Source: an uncultured Alphaproteobacteria bacterium (GTDB lineage Bacteria; Pseudomonadota; Alphaproteobacteria; Micavibrionales; UBA2020). Taken from it: a stretch of 64,000 bases of DNA. The position numbers and the translations under genes are program-made. The notes beneath the pieces were generated by a model. That model was not told the origin of the DNA and ran no database searches. It was given only the letters and a program-made list of their open reading frames with translations. Position 1 is the stretch's first letter, and every line of letters begins with the position of its first letter. Below are positions 1 through 7,114 of this stretch, piece after piece. Location: NCBI GenBank assembly GCA_966211335.1, contig CBIHNF010000001.1, forward strand, positions 730,847 to 794,846. Direction: 5' to 3'.

Positions 1-1
1 A

Positions 2-406
2 TATGCGCTCATGTCGGTCGCCGCGCTCTTCTTCGCTATGGTCGTCGCCAGCGCCTCCGGCGCGGCACTCGCAACGCTCGGCCTCTACGTCCTCGCGCGC
101 CTCATCGGCACGGTGCTCGGCATCGCGGCGGAGGCACCGGCAAATTATTTTTACGCCATGCTCAACAACGCGGTCGAGCTGATCTCCGTCTTCGTGCCGC
201 GGCTTGACCTGATGGGGCAGACGTCCTGGCTCGTTTACGGCGTTGCGGGCTCCGGCGGCATCGGCTTCACGCAGGAAGCGGGCACCTATGCGCATATGAT
301 GGTGCATCATTTGGGCCTTCTCGGTTTCATCTCCCTGCAGGGGGTGATTTTTATCATGCTGCTCCTCGCGGCCACAGCCTTCGACTTCCTACGCCGGGAG
401 TTCTGA
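2..406 (+). CDS. integral membrane protein, C-terminal fragment (5' end upstream of window)
   Basis: Frame open from window edge (no stop in 2-10). Track ORF 11-406. Several hydrophobic helices and GC3-rich codons. Stop 404-406 abuts the next start. Confidence 0.5.
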   Translation, partial: YALMSVAALFFAMVVASASGAALATLGLYVLARLIGTVLGIAAEAPANYFYAMLNNAVELISVFVPRLDLMGQTSWLVYGVAGSGGIGFTQEAGTYAHMMVHHLGLLGFISLQGVIFIMLLLAATAFDFLRREF

Positions 407-407
407 C

Positions 408-1211
408 ATGCCGCGCGTCTTCGCCAACGACGGCCAACAGCCCCGCACCGCGGTCAGCCTCTGGCTTGCCTTCGCCGTTAGCATTAACTTCATCATCTGG
501 CTCGGCTCCAGCAGCGTCTTCGCCAAATGGGACGGCGTACCGCCGGCCCCCGCGCGCCGCTCCGCGATCATGATGGGACTTGGCGATTCCGAATTCGCTT
601 ATCGCTACGGTGCGCTCGAGCTGCAAAACCTCGGCGATTCCGGCGGCCAGACGACAGCGCTCAAGGATTACGATTATCAAGAGCTCGGCAAATGGTTCTG
701 GCTGCTCGACAGCCTCGATCCCGCCTCCGACCACGTGCCGATGATGGCGGCATACGTCTTCGGCGCGACGCGTGTGCCGAGCGATGTACGTGTCGTTTAC
801 GACTATCTCGCGAAAATTGGCGACAACCCCGCTGGGCAGAAATGGCGCTGGCTGGTGCATGCCATTTTTCTTGCGCGCCATCGCCTCTATGATCTCGACC
901 TAGCGCTCGGCCTTGCCTACAAACTTTCCAAAATGCAGCTGACCGACGACCATCTGCCAGACTGGGCGCGGCGAATGCCTGCGCTTGTCCTCGCCGAAAA
1001 GGGTGACAAGGAAGACGCGCGCAAGATACTCGAGGATATCCTCGTCAGTTCCGATAAAATTCATCCCAATGAGGTCAATTTCATGAAAGATTACCTCATC
1101 CACCAGCTGGGGGTCGACCCGCGCGAGGTGGAGGCCATCGTCGCGCTGCGCGGCAAGCAGTCCGACGACCATACACTGCCCAAGACCAAGCCAGCGCCGA
1201 TGCCCGAATAA
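408..1211 (+). CDS. hypothetical membrane-anchored protein
   Basis: ATG lies 1 nt after the upstream stop (translational coupling). N-terminal TM helix LWLAFAVSINFIIWLG. No domain recognised. Confidence 0.6.
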   Translation: MPRVFANDGQQPRTAVSLWLAFAVSINFIIWLGSSSVFAKWDGVPPAPARRSAIMMGLGDSEFAYRYGALELQNLGDSGGQTTALKDYDYQELGKWFWLLDSLDPASDHVPMMAAYVFGATRVPSDVRVVYDYLAKIGDNPAGQKWRWLVHAIFLARHRLYDLDLALGLAYKLSKMQLTDDHLPDWARRMPALVLAEKGDKEDARKILEDILVSSDKIHPNEVNFMKDYLIHQLGVDPREVEAIVALRGKQSDDHTLPKTKPAPMPE

Positions 1212-1240
1212 GCCAATTTTTTTGGAGTGGCGGTTTTTAA

Positions 1241-2332
1241 ATGCCTTTTGATTACCAAGCCACCTTTAGTCTCATCGAATGGCTTGCGCTGACGGGCCTT
1301 GCGCAAAGCCTGCTGATCCTTGTGTACATTGTTTTCCGTGTCCGCAACTGGCGACAGGCCTCAATCGCGCTTGCCTACTTCACCTTCCTGGCGCTGGCCT
1401 TCGGGTTGCAATTCGCGCTGCGGCTTGACGACTATGAAACCAATATCCGTCTTGGCCTCGGTTTTTCGCGCGCCATGGGCGCGCCGCTCTGCTATCTGCT
1501 CGTACTACAGGTGTCGCGGCCGCAGACCATGCCGCCTGCGCGTCAGTTCCTGATTTTACTTCTGGTGCCACTCGCTTTCGTTCTTGGCTTCCTCACGGCG
1601 CATTTTGAAAAAGTCTGCGATGACGGTGCGCTGCTCTGCACGCGATCCTTTTCGGTTCTTGGCTGGTTCAGCGCTATGGCGGGCGCCTTCTGCATGCTGG
1701 CGATCTGGTTCCAGAAAAATATCTTCACTATTCTGTGGGAAGAAAAGGGTGGGAGGGAGCGTTACTGGCTCGTCATGACGCTCATCGTCGCCAACGTGCT
1801 GCGCACCGGAGTCAGCCTTCTGACGGCGACGGGCCATGTGGCACGGCCTGATTCGGACGCACTGCAGGTCATGCTCGGCATAGCTTTCGCTTACCTTGTC
1901 ATGACAACTCTATTTCGCATTTACCCCCTGCCTGTGCAGCTGCACACCTCGTCTCGCGCACGGCTGCTACTGCTGTCCGACGAGGAAAAAGAGATCGCTG
2001 AGAAGGTGCGCAAGCTCATGGAGCTCGACAAGGTCTATCACGAGCCTTCTTTCAGCCGCGCGGATCTGGCGCGGGAAGTCGGTACTTCCGAAAATACGCT
2101 TTCCCGCGTCATCAACCAAGCCTTTGGCAAAAGTTTCCCCAAATTGCTGAACGAATTCCGTGTGGAAGATGCAAAACGGATGCTGCATAACCCCGCGATT
2201 GCGATCAATGTGCTGGCCTTTGAAGTGGGTTTCAATTCGCTCGCTTCCTTCAACCGCGTCTTCCGCGAAGTAACGGGGGAGACGCCTTCCCGCTACCGCA
2301 GCCGCCACCAACAGCAGAATACCGGCGCGTAA
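1241..2332 (+). CDS. AraC-family transcriptional regulator with about 7 N-terminal TM helices
   Basis: C-terminal AraC HTH (ADLAREVGTSENTLSRVINQAFGKSF ... FEVGFNSLASFNRVFREVTGETPSRYR). About seven hydrophobic helices in the first 230 aa. GGAG upstream of the ATG. Confidence 0.85.
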   Translation: MPFDYQATFSLIEWLALTGLAQSLLILVYIVFRVRNWRQASIALAYFTFLALAFGLQFALRLDDYETNIRLGLGFSRAMGAPLCYLLVLQVSRPQTMPPARQFLILLLVPLAFVLGFLTAHFEKVCDDGALLCTRSFSVLGWFSAMAGAFCMLAIWFQKNIFTILWEEKGGRERYWLVMTLIVANVLRTGVSLLTATGHVARPDSDALQVMLGIAFAYLVMTTLFRIYPLPVQLHTSSRARLLLLSDEEKEIAEKVRKLMELDKVYHEPSFSRADLAREVGTSENTLSRVINQAFGKSFPKLLNEFRVEDAKRMLHNPAIAINVLAFEVGFNSLASFNRVFREVTGETPSRYRSRHQQQNTGA

Positions 2333-2828
2333 AGGGCAAGCCACTGTATTCAAATGCGGATATTAAATTAGTCTGCGGCGAAAGAATCATGTTTTGATAA
2401 TTCTTATTTCGTGTTTTCCCACGGGCAGAGACTCGCGAAAGGGCCGAGAAATTTTTTCCTGAACTGTCGGTCCGCGCACGGTACAAAAACACGTTTTGAG
2501 AATTTAAAGCGCTCCCACTGTGTCATCTTGACAATGTTAAGAGCGTACGTACTTCTGCTCATTTATCAGCGTTTTCATTCCCATATGCGCATCGTACCTG
2601 CTTATCTTGTCATCCTGAGAAATTAAATGACCGGGTTTAAGGATTCATTTAACTTTTTTGTTGAAAGATAGGATGTAGGTCACCAGACTGAAAATCAGCT
2701 TCGTCGCCATCTATGGGGATGTTCCTAATCTCAAGACGGCAATCGGTTTTCGAACGAGGTGACGGGGCTAAAACCGGCAACGGTTTCGTACTTAACCACT
2801 AGGACTTAACAACTGGGGAGATATCTCT

Positions 2829-3629
2829 ATGAAATGTATTAAAACCCAAAAAGGCTTCACACTCGTCGAATTGGCGATCGTGATGACCATCATCGGTCTT
2901 CTGATCGGTGGTATTCTGAAGGGCCAGGAACTGATGGACAACGCCCGCGTCTCCGCAACGATCGCGCAGACCAAGGGTATTGAAGCCGCCACGACCAGCT
3001 TCCGCGACAGCTATAACTCGATGCCGGGCGATATTCCGAACGCCTCCACGCGCGTTCCGTCCTGCAACGCGTCCTGCAACGTTGTTGCGGCCACGGCTGG
3101 CGACGGCATCATCGGTACGGTTGCCGGTTTCTCCGCCAACTATAACCCGCAGCTAACCACCGCCCTTGGCGGTACCGTGACGGATGAAACCCAGCTGTTC
3201 TGGACCGAACTGCTGCTCGCCAACCTGACGTCGGGCTATACCGATGCGCCGATCCGCGCAACGCCGCCCGCACCGTCGTGGGGCATCACCCAGCCCGCAG
3301 CAAAAATCGGCGGCGGCTATTACGTCGGCTACGCCGTCGGCCTGATCGGCCTTAACTCGCCGATGACGGCAGGTTCCGGCCCGTCCGGCACCGTGCTGGT
3401 GCTGGCGCAGAGCCCGACCGCAGCTATCACTGGTACGGCTGGTAACAACCCGCTCACCCCGGGTCGTGCTGCCCAGATCGACCGCAAGCTCGATGACGGC
3501 AAACCCGGTACCGGCTTCGTCCAGGCTTATGGCGTTGCCACCAAGTGCTGGCAGTCTGCCGCTATCGCAGCCTACGACGAATCCGATACCCAGAAAGATT
3601 GCGGCCTGATCCTGCGTATTCAGGGCTAA
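2829..3629 (+). CDS. type IV pilin (prepilin, copy A)
   Basis: Class III signal MKCIKTQKG|FTLVELAIVMTIIGLLIGGIL with Glu5. C-terminal Cys pair (KCW...KDCG). GGGGAG RBS. Terminator follows. Confidence 0.85.
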   Translation: MKCIKTQKGFTLVELAIVMTIIGLLIGGILKGQELMDNARVSATIAQTKGIEAATTSFRDSYNSMPGDIPNASTRVPSCNASCNVVAATAGDGIIGTVAGFSANYNPQLTTALGGTVTDETQLFWTELLLANLTSGYTDAPIRATPPAPSWGITQPAAKIGGGYYVGYAVGLIGLNSPMTAGSGPSGTVLVLAQSPTAAITGTAGNNPLTPGRAAQIDRKLDDGKPGTGFVQAYGVATKCWQSAAIAAYDESDTQKDCGLILRIQG

Positions 3630-3676
3630 GCTTTCTACCAAGACAAAAGAAGAGCCCGGTGCGAAAGTGCCGGGCT
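2847..3676 (+). repeat. direct repeat unit 1 (830 bp) of tandem pilin duplication
   Basis: Matches 3836-4665 at an offset of 989 bp. The only differences I found are at 3626, 3636, 3665, 3668 and 3669. Confidence 0.9.
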
Positions 3677-3686
3677 CTTCCTTTTA
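3651..3686 (+). terminator. rho-independent terminator after pilin copy A
   Basis: agagcccggtgc-GAAA-gtgccgggctct hairpin (two G-U pairs), then a T-rich tract. Confidence 0.75.
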
Positions 3687-3703
3687 TTAGAGAGACTAAA
3701 ACT

Positions 3704-3719
3704 ATTGCAATTCTGCAAT
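3704..3719. promoter_or_regulatory. inverted repeat ATTGCA-N4-TGCAAT, candidate operator upstream of pilin copy B promoter
   Basis: Perfect 6-bp arms, 8 nt upstream of the predicted -35. Confidence 0.3.
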
Positions 3720-3726
3720 CAAAACC

Positions 3727-3754
3727 TTGTCAACGCGCGTCTTGGTACTATACT
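3727..3754 (+). promoter_or_regulatory. sigma70-like promoter of pilin copy B
   Basis: TTGTCA (3727-3732), 16-nt spacer, TATACT (3749-3754). About 65 nt upstream of ATG 3821. Confidence 0.45.
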
Positions 3755-3820
3755 GGATAAAGGTACTCTTATCCGCAAAAAATCTCGGGGCAGCGGTCAA
3801 CGGTTCAGCAAAGGAAATAT

Positions 3821-4618
3821 ATGCAACGCACATTTCAAAAAGGCTTCACACTCGTCGAATTGGCGATCGTGATGACCATCATCGGTCTTCTGATCGGTGG
3901 TATTCTGAAGGGCCAGGAACTGATGGACAACGCCCGCGTCTCCGCAACGATCGCGCAGACCAAGGGTATTGAAGCCGCCACGACCAGCTTCCGCGACAGC
4001 TATAACTCGATGCCGGGCGATATTCCGAACGCCTCCACGCGCGTTCCGTCCTGCAACGCGTCCTGCAACGTTGTTGCGGCCACGGCTGGCGACGGCATCA
4101 TCGGTACGGTTGCCGGTTTCTCCGCCAACTATAACCCGCAGCTAACCACCGCCCTTGGCGGTACCGTGACGGATGAAACCCAGCTGTTCTGGACCGAACT
4201 GCTGCTCGCCAACCTGACGTCGGGCTATACCGATGCGCCGATCCGCGCAACGCCGCCCGCACCGTCGTGGGGCATCACCCAGCCCGCAGCAAAAATCGGC
4301 GGCGGCTATTACGTCGGCTACGCCGTCGGCCTGATCGGCCTTAACTCGCCGATGACGGCAGGTTCCGGCCCGTCCGGCACCGTGCTGGTGCTGGCGCAGA
4401 GCCCGACCGCAGCTATCACTGGTACGGCTGGTAACAACCCGCTCACCCCGGGTCGTGCTGCCCAGATCGACCGCAAGCTCGATGACGGCAAACCCGGTAC
4501 CGGCTTCGTCCAGGCTTATGGCGTTGCCACCAAGTGCTGGCAGTCTGCCGCTATCGCAGCCTACGACGAATCCGATACCCAGAAAGATTGCGGCCTGATC
4601 CTGCGTATTCAGGGTTAA
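3821..4618 (+). CDS. type IV pilin (prepilin, copy B; mature part identical to copy A)
   Basis: Leader MQRTFQKG|FTLVE... Residues after the cleavage site are identical to copy A. AAGGAA RBS. Terminator follows. Confidence 0.85.
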   Translation: MQRTFQKGFTLVELAIVMTIIGLLIGGILKGQELMDNARVSATIAQTKGIEAATTSFRDSYNSMPGDIPNASTRVPSCNASCNVVAATAGDGIIGTVAGFSANYNPQLTTALGGTVTDETQLFWTELLLANLTSGYTDAPIRATPPAPSWGITQPAAKIGGGYYVGYAVGLIGLNSPMTAGSGPSGTVLVLAQSPTAAITGTAGNNPLTPGRAAQIDRKLDDGKPGTGFVQAYGVATKCWQSAAIAAYDESDTQKDCGLILRIQG

Positions 4619-4665
4619 GCTTTCCACCAAGACAAAAGAAGAGCCCGGTGCGACAGCACCGGGCT
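3836..4665 (+). repeat. direct repeat unit 2 (830 bp) of tandem pilin duplication
   Basis: See unit 1. Identity starts at the codons for QKG|F and ends in the terminator stem. Confidence 0.9.
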
Positions 4666-4671
4666 TTTTTT
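4640..4671. terminator. rho-independent terminator between convergent pilin genes
   Basis: agcccggtgc-GACA-gcaccgggct perfect stem followed by T7. An A-rich tract on the other side makes it usable in both directions. Confidence 0.8.
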
Positions 4672-4690
4672 ATAGACCGAAGAGTGTAAA

Positions 4691-5896
4691 TCAGGGGGAG
4701 CAGATGGCGTTGTTGGAGGCGTCGAAACCTGTAATGAACTTCCCTGTGGGGCAGGTGCGCGGGTTATAGAGCGTCGGGGCGAGGGCGGTGACACACTGCA
4801 GCGTGCCGCCGACAATGCCCTCCACAAGCCCGCCATTACAGTTCATGCCAAGCCCGCCGAAAATCTGCGGGTCAAAGCATTTGGTTCCGGAGGCATCGCA
4901 GACCTTGTCGGCATAGACGTTCTTCGCGCGCACTGTGCCGCGCACATCAAGATCGGCCGTCAGCGTGTTTGTATCCGTGCCAATGCCAACGCGGCCGCCT
5001 GTCTTGGTGTAGATAAGGCCCGTGCCCGCACTTGCCATCTTCCATTTGTCGGAGCTTCCTGAAATTTGGAAGATCATGAAGGGGTCGTCGTAATAAAAGG
5101 GGAGCGAGGCGGCGTCTGTGTTCAGCGAATAAAGGTTCGTATTGGCTGCACTCTGCGACAACAGGAACATAGAATCGCCGTTGCAGTTTTCCACGTCCCG
5201 CCCCGGCGGGGTGCAGGGCGCAACGAGCTTGCCGTTATAGTTGTAAGCGCCCTTGCCATTCTGGCCGGCAGAAAAAATAACGAAGGGAATGGCGTTGACC
5301 TGCAGGTTGCCGATTTTGGAGTTGCCGATCGTCCCATCTGCGGCGTTCTTGGAACTGATGGCGATAGCACCTATAAACTCGTTATAGTGCTTGTTGCCGC
5401 CCGAGGAGTCGGTGGAGCGCGTCATATATTCGGTAACCGTATAGGGGAGCTGGTTGTTCCAGCCGTCGAGAACGTCGGTATAAGCCGCGCCAAGCGTCAC
5501 ATAAGGCAGCGCGCCGGTTAACAAAGGGTCGGGTGTCGGCGCGGGATTGACGACGGGGCGCGCGCCGTTGATGCGGCAGACCTTGCCCGTACCGAAGCAG
5601 CCGAGGGCAGTGGTCGCCGGGCTGCATACCTCTTTGCCGGCGTTAGCGTTATCCGGCGGCAGCGAAGGATCTGCCGGGCAAGGCAGGCGGCCGTTTACGA
5701 ACAGGAACTGCTGCATTTTGTCAGTCGCAACCTGGAAAGCGGAGTCGTTGACGTTTTTAAGGCGCGCAATGCGGTATTGACGATAGCTTTGCAGGCAGGT
5801 GGCAACGGCCAGCGACACAATGCAAAGCAGGATCGCAACCTCTAGAAGCGAGAACCCGGCTTCGGACTTTTTCCTCAGTGCAAGCTTGCGGATCAT
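4691..5896 (-). CDS. large prepilin-type N-terminal domain protein (pilin-like adhesin paralogue 3, 401 aa)
   Basis: Start moved to ATG 5896, which has an AGGAGAG RBS 9 nt upstream. Leader MIRKLALRKKSEAG|FSLLEVAILL. Shares PCPA, SAGQNGKGAY, VGIGT..LDVRG and CPTGK..GF motifs with the two upstream genes. Confidence 0.8.
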   Translation of the reverse strand: MIRKLALRKKSEAGFSLLEVAILLCIVSLAVATCLQSYRQYRIARLKNVNDSAFQVATDKMQQFLFVNGRLPCPADPSLPPDNANAGKEVCSPATTALGCFGTGKVCRINGARPVVNPAPTPDPLLTGALPYVTLGAAYTDVLDGWNNQLPYTVTEYMTRSTDSSGGNKHYNEFIGAIAISSKNAADGTIGNSKIGNLQVNAIPFVIFSAGQNGKGAYNYNGKLVAPCTPPGRDVENCNGDSMFLLSQSAANTNLYSLNTDAASLPFYYDDPFMIFQISGSSDKWKMASAGTGLIYTKTGGRVGIGTDTNTLTADLDVRGTVRAKNVYADKVCDASGTKCFDPQIFGGLGMNCNGGLVEGIVGGTLQCVTALAPTLYNPRTCPTGKFITGFDASNNAICSP

Positions 5897-5944
5897 AATA
5901 ATGGCTCTCCTGAAATCATACACATAGATGAAGAGAAGGCACGG

Positions 5945-7114
5945 TCAAGGTAAAGCGCATTGAATGACGCCCGCACTGTTGAACCCGACGGCGTATTTCC
6001 CTGCCGGGCAGCTCTGCACGCCGGCAGGCGCGGGCAGCGGCACCAGTCCGCAAATGACTTTAGCTTTTTGCAGGCCGATAACGACGTTGCGATAGCCGGG
6101 CGGGGTTAAGGTTTGGGAACAAATGTTGCCGGCCGCAGGATCCGCAATGCTGCTCGGGTTCCAGCAGTTGCCACTGCCTGTATCATCACAGACGCTCGGC
6201 TGGGCGATCTGCGTGCCGGCAAGCGTGCCGGCGACGTCAAGTTTGGCCTGGGGGATGTCCACGCCAACGCCGACGCTGCCGCCGTTCACGTTATGAACAT
6301 CAGGCGTATTCGGATCGGAGGGGTTGGCGATAAAGTCCCACAGCCGCGTCAGCGACCGTTCCGTGTGGCGTACGTAGTCGTCGAAATAGGGCACTTGCGC
6401 GCGGATGCCTTGAATGAAGGTGCCGTTCAAGTTGCAGTTCTTGACCTCACTTGTACCGCCAGCAGCGCAGGGAACAGGGATTTTGCCATCCGCGGAATAG
6501 GCGCCGGCGTGGTTCTGGCCGTAGCCGATAATTACATAGTGGGTACTGGCGGCGGGGTTGGCCAAATCCTGGCCATTTTCCGTCTGGACGCCGATGGAAC
6601 CCCAAGCGTTATCGAAGCTCGCCTTGACCGTCAGCGTCTTGGAGACAGCATAGCCGAACTTGTAGCCGTAGGGATCGAGAGAGTCGCTGACGGTAACGTT
6701 CTTAATCGCGCCGGACGCACTCGCTTGCAGGGTCTTAAAAGGCACCGAACCCATGTAAACGGGGTCCATCGCCCCCACCTGCGGTGCGAGTGTCTTGCGC
6801 GCGCCCGGGAAGGTTGCCAGCGCACAATTCTCAACCCCGGCATTGGCGTCCGTGCTGCGCAGGGTCGGGTCCGCGGGGCAGGGGTAGCGGCCAAAGCCGT
6901 TGTAGAAGTCGGATATAGCTGTATCTATCTTTTCCATCGCCTTCAGCGTATCCGCGCGCTTCCCCGACGCGTTGTAAAGGTCATACAGCTTTACACCCGC
7001 GACAAGCATCAGGCTTGAAATAACCATCACCATGGCGACTTCAACCAGGGAAAAGCCGCCCCTGCTGCGGATACCTTTATGCACTCTCGTTCCCATCAGC
7101 TCTCTCCGGATCAT
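5945..7114 (-). CDS. large prepilin-type N-terminal domain protein (pilin-like adhesin paralogue 2, 389 aa)
   Basis: Start set at ATG 7114, in an ATGA overlap with the upstream stop (7111-7113). Leader MIRRELMGTRVHKGIRSRGG|FSLVEVAMV. The track's longer ORF (to 7282) would overlap the upstream gene. Confidence 0.75.
   Translation of the reverse strand: MIRRELMGTRVHKGIRSRGGFSLVEVAMVMVISSLMLVAGVKLYDLYNASGKRADTLKAMEKIDTAISDFYNGFGRYPCPADPTLRSTDANAGVENCALATFPGARKTLAPQVGAMDPVYMGSVPFKTLQASASGAIKNVTVSDSLDPYGYKFGYAVSKTLTVKASFDNAWGSIGVQTENGQDLANPAASTHYVIIGYGQNHAGAYSADGKIPVPCAAGGTSEVKNCNLNGTFIQGIRAQVPYFDDYVRHTERSLTRLWDFIANPSDPNTPDVHNVNGGSVGVGVDIPQAKLDVAGTLAGTQIAQPSVCDDTGSGNCWNPSSIADPAAGNICSQTLTPPGYRNVVIGLQKAKVICGLVPLPAPAGVQSCPAGKYAVGFNSAGVIQCALP

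Noticed and set aside
2560-2828. Sigma54 (-24 GG / -12 GC) promoter upstream of the pilin genes, as found for many type IV pilins.
   Set aside because: No TGGCAC-N5-TTGC-like element is present in either upstream region. Copy B instead shows a sigma70-type -35/-10.
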